A stretch of DNA of 42,977 nucleotides from a virus (lineage: Duplodnaviria; Caudoviricetes): positions 1 through 42,977 of the IMG/VR virus record IMGVR_UViG_3300049021_000038, one strand, 5' to 3'. Of this stretch, positions 17,572 through 25,266 are shown in pieces; positions within the stretch are counted from its first letter, which is position 1, and each line of letters starts with the position of its first letter. Made by a program: the position numbers and the translations under genes. The notes below the pieces were generated by a model that worked only from the letters and a program-made list of their open reading frames with translations, did no database searches and had not been told where the DNA came from.

Positions 17572-18077
17572 GTTTCACCTATCGCCGCGCTTCTAACCGT
17601 TTCCACGGCGACCCCGAACTCTTTCGCCAAAGACTTATACGTTTGGCCGTTGGCTCGCAGATTTCTAATGTTTTCAACGGACTCACGCGTTAGTTTAGAT
17701 TGTCCGTTCCGCTCTCCGATCGCCGCATTGCCATGAAGTTTTGCATCCTGGCAGTTAGCCTTTCGCGTGTCCCAGCGTAGATTCGAGAGACGGCAATCGT
17801 CTCTCTTGCCATTGTTGTGGCATCCATCATGCTTGGGTGGGCAAGGACCGACAAAGGCCTCTAGAACGAGCCTGTGAATCTTTTTCGCAAAACCCTTCCC
17901 TTTTTTGTAGAGACGAACTCTCAGGTAACCACATGGTTTGCTTGGCGTAATATTGAGGATACGGCCATCCGATCCTTGACGCGGCGAGCCGCGCAACCGG
18001 CCGAAATTAGAAATTTCGTAAAGGCCCTCATACCCTGGCACAGGTAGCCATATTTCGTCTGGTCTTTCGATGCTCAC
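17562..18077 (-). CDS. NUMOD4-HNH homing endonuclease
   Basis: EIWLPVPGYEGLYEISNFGR (NUMOD4), HRLVLEAFVG, CHNNG...NLRW; GTG start overlaps the erf stop. Confidence 0.9.
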   Translation of the reverse strand: MSIERPDEIWLPVPGYEGLYEISNFGRLRGSPRQGSDGRILNITPSKPCGYLRVRLYKKGKGFAKKIHRLVLEAFVGPCPPKHDGCHNNGKRDDCRLSNLRWDTRKANCQDAKLHGNAAIGERNGQSKLTRESVENIRNLRANGQTYKSLAKEFGVAVETVRSAAIGETWA

Positions 18078-18802
18078 TTGGCCGCTCCGTTCTGGCGAGC
18101 CTTCGCCTCAAGAGCCTGCTTGGCCTTCGCGAACTTGCCTTCTGGCATCGCAGCAAGGCTTTCGATCTGTGCCCAAGCGCAGAATGTCGGGACATCGCCG
18201 CCAGCGGCTTCGATCAGACCTTGCAACACCTTGCGCTGGTCAGCGCTTATCGGCCGCACGCCTGCGTTCTGCCCGTCGTCATCCTCGCTCCGGCTTGTCA
18301 GGTTCAAAAGAGCCTGCGCAGTATAGCGTTTGCCGTAGCTCGTGGATGAGCCGACAGCCTGCACGGCGTTCTTGCTGCCACTGGTGTCAGTGGGCAGTTG
18401 CATCGTTGTTTCTTCGCTGTGGCCTTCCCTGTGGGAAAGAACGCCAGTCACGCTGATCTTGCCGTCCTGCTGGCCAGTGCGGAAGCTGAGGGAAAAGCCG
18501 TGACGGCCGAGAACGGGCCTGATAAGCTCGTTGATGTCTTCCCACAGCGCATATTTGATGTTGCCGTGGCCCTTGCCGTTTTCGGGGATCTCCGGAAGAT
18601 CGAGCTGCATATCAGCTAGGGCGGACATGTAGGAGGCGCGGGCCTGCCGCTCCATGATGCGCTCCTGCATCTGCAGAAGGCGCTCCATCTTGTCGATGTC
18701 GACATTCGGGTTCATGGCGGCGCGTTCGATAACCTGGATGATCGCGGCGCTTTCGGAAACTGCCGGAAGGTTTACCGGCTCATGCTGTACAACTGCACCC
18801 AT
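18074..18802 (-). CDS. erf: ERF-family single-strand annealing protein
   Basis: KYALWEDI...GHSEE...QAVGSSTSYGKRY...EDDDG motifs; AGGAG RBS. Confidence 0.9.
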   Translation of the reverse strand: MGAVVQHEPVNLPAVSESAAIIQVIERAAMNPNVDIDKMERLLQMQERIMERQARASYMSALADMQLDLPEIPENGKGHGNIKYALWEDINELIRPVLGRHGFSLSFRTGQQDGKISVTGVLSHREGHSEETTMQLPTDTSGSKNAVQAVGSSTSYGKRYTAQALLNLTSRSEDDDGQNAGVRPISADQRKVLQGLIEAAGGDVPTFCAWAQIESLAAMPEGKFAKAKQALEAKARQNGAAK

Positions 18803-18816
18803 TTCAATTCTCCTTG

Positions 18817-18960
18817 TTAAAATTTGACGGCCCAAGCAAACGGCCATCCACCCAGAACGCAGAGCGCAACGAAGAACGCTGCTGTTTCTGCCATTGACGG
18901 GGGACGAGCTGATATGGCGGTCGGGTGGTTCTTGCCACGGAATTTGCCTAAATCGGTCAT
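18817..18960 (-). CDS. Small membrane protein (47 aa)
   Basis: Not in the ORF track. MTDLGK...AAFFVALCVLGGWPFAWAVKF; ATGA-coupled. Confidence 0.5.
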   Translation of the reverse strand: MTDLGKFRGKNHPTAISARPPSMAETAAFFVALCVLGGWPFAWAVKF

Positions 18961-19208
18961 GCTGCTTCCTCGGCCGACCATCGAAGGGTCTCTAAAAGCT
19001 CGGTTCTGATCTCGCGATTTTCCGGCTTATCAAGCTCGATCGCGATGTAATCCCACTGCATACGGTGAGGGCGCATGTGCTCGACCATGGCGCGGAAGAC
19101 GGCGACCTGATCATCGGCGCCCATCTCAGCAAAAATTTCCCCGAATGAGTTGGCGTCGGCCTCGATGAAAAGAGGGCGGCTTGAGCTGATATCGATCTTG
19201 ATTTTCAT
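18957..19208 (-). CDS. Hypothetical protein
   Basis: AAGGGG RBS, 83 aa, in the operon. Confidence 0.65.
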   Translation of the reverse strand: MKIKIDISSSRPLFIEADANSFGEIFAEMGADDQVAVFRAMVEHMRPHRMQWDYIAIELDKPENREIRTELLETLRWSAEEAA

Positions 19209-19291
19209 ATCCGTATCCCCTTATTCCGCAGCGATTGCGTGGGTTGAAATCTGCCTCGCTCCAACGCGAGCCCTCATGCGGTCGTTTTCGG

Positions 19292-19570
19292 TCATGCCTC
19301 ATCCCTCCAATCTTCGTATTCGTCGTAATCATCGAAGTCGTGATCCTCGAAAATCTTCTGAGACCACTTCTGTTCTTCGGCGTCGGTCCACTTGATGTCG
19401 GGGTTCGTGTCGGAGAAAACCTTGACGATCTCGACTTCGCCACCCTCTGGAGGGTAGCAATTTTCGGCCGGCCCATAGGTGTTGCCGGAGTCGTAAGCGC
19501 TGATCGAATATTCGACGGTAACTTCCGTCTCGTCGTCGCGTTCGAACGTGGCGTAATAGGTGCGGGTCAT
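19292..19570 (-). CDS. Highly acidic hypothetical protein
   Basis: MTRTYYATFERDDETEV...GPAENCYPPEGGEVEI...DDYDEYEDW; ATGA coupling. Confidence 0.7.
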   Translation of the reverse strand: MTRTYYATFERDDETEVTVEYSISAYDSGNTYGPAENCYPPEGGEVEIVKVFSDTNPDIKWTDAEEQKWSQKIFEDHDFDDYDEYEDWRDEA

Positions 19571-19788
19571 GCCGCGACACTCTGCGAAGCCGTCTTGCGG
19601 TTCATCAGGTCCGCGAACGCTGCGAGGCGATCGGCCGGAAGCTTGATGATGAAGATATCGAGATTGTCGTTGAACCGACGCCACGAGGACTGGTCGCCGT
19701 GCTTGATGACGCCAGCGCCGGCCAGTTCGTCCATGCTGGTATTGGCGGCGCAGTAAGCCAGTTCCTTGAGAAGGGCTGCTGTGAACAT
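19567..19788 (-). CDS. Hypothetical protein
   Basis: 73 aa, in the operon. Confidence 0.6.
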   Translation of the reverse strand: MFTAALLKELAYCAANTSMDELAGAGVIKHGDQSSWRRFNDNLDIFIIKLPADRLAAFADLMNRKTASQSVAA

Positions 19789-19790
19789 GA

Positions 19791-20150
19791 TTAAATTCCC
19801 TGCTGCTGATGGTTCAATGTCGTGTAAGGCTGGCGGAAAGCCGGAGCCTCAAACTCCCGCTGGCGCATGGCCTTCGAAGCCTCCACAATCTCTTCGATTG
19901 ATCGAATGTCGAACATGCCGGAGATATCATCGACAATGATCGGGGTGCCGTTCTCGTTGGTTTCGACGCGCCAAACGGCCAATATCGTGTCACGATCGGT
20001 CAGGCCGTCGATCATCTCCTGAACGTCTGCCGTGGTGCGGGGCTTCTGTTCGAGGTCCAAAGTGAAGATGCGCCCGCTCTGCTCACGGAGCTTGATGATA
20101 AGCGTGTCGGTCGCGTTGATGATGCGGGTTTGGGAGGAGTGGGCCATCAT
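19791..20150 (-). CDS. Hypothetical protein
   Basis: 119 aa, AAGGA RBS, coupled. Confidence 0.65.
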   Translation of the reverse strand: MMAHSSQTRIINATDTLIIKLREQSGRIFTLDLEQKPRTTADVQEMIDGLTDRDTILAVWRVETNENGTPIIVDDISGMFDIRSIEEIVEASKAMRQREFEAPAFRQPYTTLNHQQQGI

Positions 20151-20455
20151 GCACGTCCTTCTGCTTTGGCAATTGCTGTGCGCATACGATCCGTTGCGGT
20201 CTTGCCCGCCACTGGGTGATATCCATCAGGGCCAAGGACGCTTATGAACTCGCGGCACACAGCCAGCAGTTCAATCGCGGCGGAGATCAGATGAGCGTCA
20301 GCAATGCTTTGCTCGCCAGCCCCATCACCATCATCGTCAAATGATGCGATAACCCTATTGGAGGGGTCCAAAGTCTGGACGATGTAAGCGCCTTCGCGAT
20401 ACTTCGACCACTTCGCCGTCCAAGGCCCGGGCGTATGCTTCGCTGCCGCTGCCAT
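20147..20455 (-). CDS. Phage HTPGPW-motif hypothetical protein
   Basis: KHTPGPW...ADAHLISAAIELL...AIAKAEG; AGGAG RBS. Confidence 0.75.
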   Translation of the reverse strand: MAAAAKHTPGPWTAKWSKYREGAYIVQTLDPSNRVIASFDDDGDGAGEQSIADAHLISAAIELLAVCREFISVLGPDGYHPVAGKTATDRMRTAIAKAEGRA

Positions 20456-20547
20456 CGTCTCTCTCCTTGATTGCCCTACCTGACCGTGGGTGAGTGGGGC
20501 GGGTGGATCAGTTTCGAAATGGCCCCGAAGGACCATGCCGAAGATGA

Positions 20548-20709
20548 TCAATCGGGTTCGTCTTCCCTCATGGAGGCGTCAATCTGTGGGAGTGATGGGG
20601 CCAGCCTTCGGAGATCGTAACCTCCGGTCGAACGCATCGACATCGAACCGTCCTTGTTCAACTTGAGGGTCACGGTCACCGCTTTCCCCTTTTTCTTCGT
20701 CTCTGCCAT
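20548..20709 (-). CDS. Hypothetical protein (53 aa)
   Basis: Not in the ORF track. AGGAG RBS; MAETKKKGKAVTVTLKLNKDG... Confidence 0.6.
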   Translation of the reverse strand: MAETKKKGKAVTVTLKLNKDGSMSMRSTGGYDLRRLAPSLPQIDASMREDEPD

Positions 20710-20761
20710 TGTCGTCTCCTGTTGTTGCCTTGAGTGTTAGTTTTAGAGTTTGCCGAGCGCG

Positions 20762-20998
20762 TCAGGCATCGGCGGACTGCTGGGAACTGGGCAGAAACCC
20801 CGAGACGCCAGCTATCCATTTTTCTATTTCGAGAGTGCCGTCAGAGCGCTTCCATTCGTGGCGTTGGAACCAACGAAGGCCGTCGAACTGCTGCCAAATC
20901 CGGTATGCGACATAACCGCCGTGTGAGAGGCCAGGATACCAAGGCCCTCCCTTGCAATCGAACCAACCGGCCACACGAGTTTCCACATTGTTTCCCAT
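20762..20998 (-). CDS. Trp-rich hypothetical protein
   Basis: MGNNVETRVAGW...; TGATG-coupled to the upstream gene. Confidence 0.6.
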   Translation of the reverse strand: MGNNVETRVAGWFDCKGGPWYPGLSHGGYVAYRIWQQFDGLRWFQRHEWKRSDGTLEIEKWIAGVSGFLPSSQQSADA

Positions 20999-21117
20999 CA
21001 CATCGAAACCTCTGCGGCTTTGATCGGAAGCCAACGGAGAGCGCGAGGCGACCAGTAGAAGAATTTCCCGTTTGTCTCTTTCGCCTTGAATGTCTTGCCG
21101 TTGATTGTTGCGGTCAT
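20998..21117 (-). CDS. First gene of the leftward early operon (39 aa)
   Basis: GGAG RBS; MTATINGKTFKAKETNGKFFYWSPRALRWLPIKAAEVSM. Confidence 0.65.
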   Translation of the reverse strand: MTATINGKTFKAKETNGKFFYWSPRALRWLPIKAAEVSM

Positions 21118-21331
21118 CGTCGTCTCCGTTGGTTGCTGACTGACCAGATTGGCGGGTGAGGCTTCTTGGTCTGCTTGTGCATCCGGTGTGTTCGAGGATC
21201 GGTCCCGAATGCTATGTCTCCCGATCAGTCCTGCTACATGGCGACCTCCGTTGCTGAAGGCTTGATTGCCAGCCGCATCCCGTTTCGCATTACCCCGTGG
21301 GGCGGTCATTCGGTGTCGGCCAGTGATTGCT

Positions 21332-21410
21332 ATATTACCCAGTCTGGGGCAGATGTAAACCCCATTTTGGGGAAATTCTTATTGATCCCAAATTGGGGTA
21401 GGTGTATGCA
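21332..21410. promoter_or_regulatory. OL: three repressor operators with divergent promoters
   Basis: CCCA-N3-TGGG palindromes at 21337-21349, 21360-21372 and 21386-21398. Leftward TTTACA-N16-TAATAT; rightward TTGATC-N17-TATGCA. Confidence 0.8.
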
Positions 21411-21416
21411 AGAGGA

Positions 21417-21713
21417 ATGGAACAGCAGATTGGGAATGAGGTCGGACGATGGTTGCGGCGGCGAGACGCTTGGATGCGTAAACTCGTCAGCAACTCGTTC
21501 GTCAGCCGGAATGGGAAATTGACTGGCGTCTACATCGCGCTACGGATGAGCGCCAAAAGGCCGTTCACATATCCGGCGATGAAATCGATCGCGAGGGACA
21601 TGGATGTATCCACCCGGCAAGTCGCTCGGGCGCTCAAGGAACTCGAAGATGAGGGATGGGTGCGGGTGCGGCGTCAGGCTGGGCGATCGTCGGTCTACAG
21701 CCTCGACCTATGA
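21417..21713 (+). CDS. Winged-helix protein resembling the N-terminal domain of phage replication initiators
   Basis: YPAMKSIARDMDVSTRQVARALKELEDEGWVRVRRQAGRSSVY; the ATG lies 7 nt after the candidate -10. Confidence 0.75.
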   Translation: MEQQIGNEVGRWLRRRDAWMRKLVSNSFVSRNGKLTGVYIALRMSAKRPFTYPAMKSIARDMDVSTRQVARALKELEDEGWVRVRRQAGRSSVYSLDL

Positions 21714-21796
21714 CACTATTGTCATACCCACCTATGACATGGTTGGCAGACGAAATACGGAAAGCTGAAATACGGAAAGGGATTATATTACTATTA
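21706..21796. repeat. Iteron-like repeats plus an AT-rich tract (candidate origin)
   Basis: ACCTATGACA x2 (21706, 21730) with an inverted TGTCATA at 21720; GAAATACGGAAAG x2 (21752, 21767); ATTATATTACTATTA at 21782-21796. Confidence 0.6.
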
Positions 21797-22105
21797 GGTT
21801 CTGCTCTTGAGATAAGAGTTAGTTGATACAAGGGATCGGATAGCGAAAAAAGGCCACTCAATCCCCCGTCGCACAACTCCTTCAATTAGTCACAAAAGTG
21901 TCGCAAAACGCATCGGGTGTCCAAAAAACGATTAATCACGTTCTCATTTGTGACAGGTGCTGTCATGCACACATGGCAGAACTAGCTATTTTCAGCCTAG
22001 GGTTTGCCGTTATTTTCAGCAAGCCAGGTTGTGGCACCAAGGAGTTGCGAGAAAAAATGTGCGGTCTGAGACACTTTTTGAAGGGCATACCACTACGACG
22101 GGAGA

Positions 22106-22134
22106 TTGCCATTGTTCGCCAAATGTTCTAGATA
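22106..22134 (+). promoter_or_regulatory. LexA-repressed sigma70 promoter
   Basis: TTGCCA-N17-TAGATA with a perfect GTTC-GCCAAAT-GTTC box (22114-22128) in the spacer. Confidence 0.75.
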
Positions 22135-22165
22135 AGAAGAAATTCCTAATGACGGGGAGATTGCC

Positions 22166-22366
22166 ATGCGAGATAGGCGTACATTCCTGAAATCCATTGT
22201 TCCAGTCGCAGTCGCCATCACTCTCCCAAAACCCGCCGAAGCCAGCCAGGATATCTGTCAGTTCTACGCTGACCAGTTAGGGGCGGCCATGAAAGCGCGG
22301 CATGGGGGAAACTGGAGTGTTGAGGTAAACCACAAAACGACCTGCGCAATTATCGCGCGGCTCTAG
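22166..22366 (+). CDS. Small protein with a twin-arginine-like signal peptide (66 aa)
   Basis: GGGGAG RBS; DRRTFLK, a hydrophobic stretch, then AEA; stop codon overlaps the repressor stop. Confidence 0.7.
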   Translation: MRDRRTFLKSIVPVAVAITLPKPAEASQDICQFYADQLGAAMKARHGGNWSVEVNHKTTCAIIARL

Positions 22367-22665
22367 GCTTGTGGAGCGCGACCGGCGAAGATTCTGGCGT
22401 TTCTCAGAAGCTGGTCGCGCTCATCCTCTCCCATCTTCGCCCACAGGTCTAAAAGCTCGTTTAGATCGTCGTCCAGATCTCCATCGATCACATCGGCCGG
22501 TCTGACATCGAAGGCTTTTGCAGCTCTACCGATGTAGTCCAGCGTCAGCCGGCGCTCTCCGCGCTCAAGCTTTATGAACCCGCTCCGCGACATGCCCATG
22601 GCTTCTGCAGCCTGCTCGTGTGTCCAGTCTTTGGCTTTTCGTAGCAATTTCAGTTTGTTTCCCAT
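22363..22665 (-). CDS. cI: CI-like XRE-family repressor, 100 aa, lacking an S24 autoprotease domain
   Basis: LKLLRKAKDWTHEQAAEAMGMSRSGFIKLERGER HTH; divergent from cro; no SD, so probably leaderless. Confidence 0.85.
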   Translation of the reverse strand: MGNKLKLLRKAKDWTHEQAAEAMGMSRSGFIKLERGERRLTLDYIGRAAKAFDVRPADVIDGDLDDDLNELLDLWAKMGEDERDQLLRNARIFAGRAPQA

Positions 22666-22745
22666 GTCGGGTAAAATGCCCACTTCAAACATTTTCTGTC
22701 GCGCCCCATTTTGGGGTTGCAAATGTTCCCCAGATTGGGTAAGAC
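22660..22745. promoter_or_regulatory. OR: three operators and PR
   Basis: TCCCATGTCGGGT at 22660, CCCCATTTTGGGG at 22704 (identical to OL2), CCCCAGATTGGGT at 22728. PR is TTGCAA-N17-TAAGAC. Confidence 0.8.
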
Positions 22746-22751
22746 AGAAGA

Positions 22752-22967
22752 ATGAAACTCGCACAGTACCTCACCGATAAGAACATCAGCCCAGAGCAGT
22801 TCGCTTTTGACATGGGTGGCCTATCTGCTTCCGGAATTCGGAAATGGATATACGGCGAGCGTGTCCCGCGCCCTGACCAGATGAGGAAGATTGCGGAGCT
22901 GACCAAGGGGGCAGTGAAGCCGAATGACTTCATCCTCGAAAAGCCCGTGAAAGCGGTGTCGCTATGA
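22752..22967 (+). CDS. cro: Cro-like repressor
   Basis: MKLAQYL...IRKWIYGERVPRPDQMRKIAELTKGAVKPNDF; divergent from cI. Confidence 0.85.
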   Translation: MKLAQYLTDKNISPEQFAFDMGGLSASGIRKWIYGERVPRPDQMRKIAELTKGAVKPNDFILEKPVKAVSL

Positions 22968-23323
22968 TGCAGCGCATTTACGCCATTGAAGGCGCCGGCC
23001 TCGTCAAGATAGGCCGATCTTTTGCGCCAGAGCTGCGGCTGAGTACCATGCAGACGCATAGCCCAGTCATCCTCACGATGCTGGGTTATGTGAAAGGGGA
23101 CCACGTCAAGGAGCGCTCTCTTCATAAAAAGTTCCGCGCGTATCGCGTTCATGGCGAATGGTTTCGGAATGATGGTGCCGTGAAGGACTGGATCGCGAAG
23201 GCATTCGAAAATTGGAAGCCTGCGGCTGGGTACAGCGCAACGATATTCGACGCGAGCGCCACCGCATTCCCTCTCAGACGGCATGTTGTTGAGCGTAGCG
23301 GACGGCTTGAGGTAGCGGCATGA
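22964..23323 (+). CDS. T5orf172 / GIY-YIG-like domain protein
   Basis: IYAI...VKIGRS...RL...ERSLHKKF...GEWF motif. Confidence 0.8.
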   Translation: MMQRIYAIEGAGLVKIGRSFAPELRLSTMQTHSPVILTMLGYVKGDHVKERSLHKKFRAYRVHGEWFRNDGAVKDWIAKAFENWKPAAGYSATIFDASATAFPLRRHVVERSGRLEVAA

Positions 23324-23325
23324 CC

Positions 23326-23577
23326 TCACTCCCCCTGCATCTCGTGAAGACTGCGGCACAACGCCCACGCCACATCCTTTGGCATCCGAAGCCTAGCCAC
23401 GACACTAGCCTTCTGCACGCCGTCCCCATTGGTCGAGATAGCGGCGAAGCTCATTCGAACGATACCGCCGACCTCTTTCAACTCGGAGACGAGGTCGGTC
23501 CACAGCGCTGGCGCTCCGTTGTCGAACAAGAAGACCCATTCGCCGTCAATGTTTTTGGCCTTTCCGACAGAGCGCAT
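23326..23577 (-). CDS. Hypothetical protein oriented against the early operon
   Basis: AAGGG RBS; protein-like sequence MRSVGKAKNIDGEWVFLFDNGAP...VVARLRMP. Confidence 0.55.
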   Translation of the reverse strand: MRSVGKAKNIDGEWVFLFDNGAPALWTDLVSELKEVGGIVRMSFAAISTNGDGVQKASVVARLRMPKDVAWALCRSLHEMQGE

Positions 23578-23679
23578 TTTTAACCCTTTACCTTCGGAGG
23601 TTTCAGCATGCCCCGCATTGTTTCCAGCAAAGCAGAGTTCAAATCCGAGATAGCCAAACCGTAACCGGAGGGACAGACC

Positions 23680-23811
23680 ATGCCTATGCATCCCGCATAC
23701 ATCCTATTCCACGCTCTCTGGTTCTGGTCGCTTCTCGCAGACGAGATGATGAAAGATCTCTCGATCAAAAAGCCGGTCCTGGTTCTCATCCGCGGCGGTA
23801 AGGCAAACTGA
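23680..23811 (+). CDS. Small hydrophobic protein (43 aa)
   Basis: Not in the ORF track. GGAGG RBS; ends LVLIRGGKAN. Confidence 0.55.
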   Translation: MPMHPAYILFHALWFWSLLADEMMKDLSIKKPVLVLIRGGKAN

Positions 23812-23975
23812 TGGCCGGCGATTTCTGCATGGGCGCTCTTGCTTTCGCCCTAGGGCTTGTCGTCGCTGGCTTTCTGACGATTAACGCCAGCAATGACGTG
23901 ATGAACGGCCGGATCAAAGCCGGGTACTTCGATCACGAAGGCAAGGCCTATCGAGTTCAAGAGGTGACACCATGA
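23811..23975 (+). CDS. Small membrane protein (54 aa)
   Basis: Not in the ORF track. TGATG-coupled; N-terminal TM segment. Confidence 0.55.
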   Translation: MAGDFCMGALAFALGLVVAGFLTINASNDVMNGRIKAGYFDHEGKAYRVQEVTP

Positions 23976-24136
23976 GCAAGAAATTGTTCTTCATCAGTTT
24001 CATCATCGGCGCTCTCCTCTACGAGACCATAAAATATTCAATCGGCTTCGGGCTGGACCCTGAGCAGATGCTCACGAGCATCTATTGGTCTGGTGCCACT
24101 CTGCTCGCCTACCATTCGTTGGAGGTGGCGAAATGA
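23972..24136 (+). CDS. Small membrane protein (54 aa)
   Basis: Not in the ORF track. GAGG RBS, ATGA coupling; MSKKLFFISFIIGALL... Confidence 0.55.
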   Translation: MSKKLFFISFIIGALLYETIKYSIGFGLDPEQMLTSIYWSGATLLAYHSLEVAK

Positions 24137-24312
24137 CCATGGCCGTAGACATCAAAGCCGCCATGAACGCACTCGATGATGATGAGGTATTTGACTACCT
24201 CGTACAGGCATTAGTTGAGAGCGGGACGAGAATTCGTGCGGCGGTTCCACGCCCCGCTCTCGATTCCGCAGCAGCCACGAGGATAGCCACGAACGGAGAT
24301 GGAAATGATTGA
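24133..24312 (+). CDS. Hypothetical protein
   Basis: GGAGG RBS, ATGA coupling. Confidence 0.55.
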   Translation: MTMAVDIKAAMNALDDDEVFDYLVQALVESGTRIRAAVPRPALDSAAATRIATNGDGND

Positions 24313-24511
24313 CATCGATTGGTCTGCCGTTCTGGTCACGGGCGCGTCTCTATTCGCCCTGTTGGTTGTCGGCGTTTTACTCCTCATCGGCGCCTGCCTG
24401 ATCATCGCTAACGAGATCAAGCGGCGGCACGACGAGCAAGCGGAAGAGGCAATGGCCGCTATGCCTGATCACGTTCTGATCGACGCCATCCGTCTCTACG
24501 ACGGCCAATAA
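24299..24511 (+). CDS. Small membrane protein
   Basis: Long hydrophobic segment; start could be 24299 or 24305. Confidence 0.6.
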   Translation: MEMIDIDWSAVLVTGASLFALLVVGVLLLIGACLIIANEIKRRHDEQAEEAMAAMPDHVLIDAIRLYDGQ

Positions 24512-24525
24512 TTCGATTGAGGTGC

Positions 24526-24603
24526 AGCGCTTTGCTTACCCCTCCCAAGGGAGCGCTCCTTCAACGGCTCTGGCGGTCTTCATCCTCCCGGATCGCCAGA
24601 GCC
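24526..24603 (+). ncRNA. Candidate cuckoo-like RNA: two hairpins with CCUCCC loops
   Basis: AGCGCT...ACCCCTCCC...AGCGCT and GGCTCTGGCGGTCT-TCATCCTCCC-GGATCGCCAGAGCC. Confidence 0.5.
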
Positions 24604-24831
24604 ACTATCCTCGGCAGTTGAAAATTGCCGCGCAATCTTACGGCGGCATCGCTGACTATCACTGCGGCTAAGTCGCCAATACTAAGCGGGCCCAACTCGG
24701 GGCGAATGAAGGAGATGACGTTTCCAGGTCCTGCAAGACCGTCCGCGTCGTCTCCCTCGGTAAGAAAAGTAGTTCTTGTGGGCATTTCTGAACTCCTTGG
24801 TACGAGTTCAATCTCTCATAAGGACGCAGGA

Positions 24832-25266
24832 ATGTACGGCAATTATGGTTCACGACCGGACAAAAACGGCTCCGGATTTGGAAAGAAACGCTCCGAGGCA
24901 GAGATGAGTAGCATCGCGTTAGAAGAAGCAATTGGTTGGACTGGCAAGCTTATGGACCTTGAATTCAAGGGCCGTGGCGACAAGGAATATCTGGTCCGCC
25001 ATCGTCTCTCCGAGAACAGCGGAGTTCCGGAAAGCTATCTCTACCGCCTCCAATACAAGACGAGGGGCATGAAGGATGTTGCAGGCGAATATTACCGTCG
25101 TCTGAAGCTGTACTACGACCAAGTATGCCAGGTTAACGAGGCAGCGGCTGACCGCTACCGAGACGAACGTCTAGGGACAAGAGGAAACAATGAAACGTCT
25201 AACAAAGAGCCTGCTCCGGCGACTTTGGGAATGGCTACGACTGAAACTCAATCGAAGAAAGCGTGA
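24832..25266 (+). CDS. Putative HTH regulator (CII-like position)
   Basis: RHRLSENSGVPESYLYRLQYK is HTH-like; alternative start at 24904. Confidence 0.65.
   Translation: MYGNYGSRPDKNGSGFGKKRSEAEMSSIALEEAIGWTGKLMDLEFKGRGDKEYLVRHRLSENSGVPESYLYRLQYKTRGMKDVAGEYYRRLKLYYDQVCQVNEAAADRYRDERLGTRGNNETSNKEPAPATLGMATTETQSKKA

Noticed and set aside
21190-21204. LexA-like GTTC-N7-GGTC in the PL leader
   Set aside because: One mismatch and not overlapping a promoter; such matches are expected by chance.
21706-21779. CRISPR-like mini-array
   Set aside because: Repeats are only 10-13 bp in two copies, without spacer-length gaps, and no cas genes are present.
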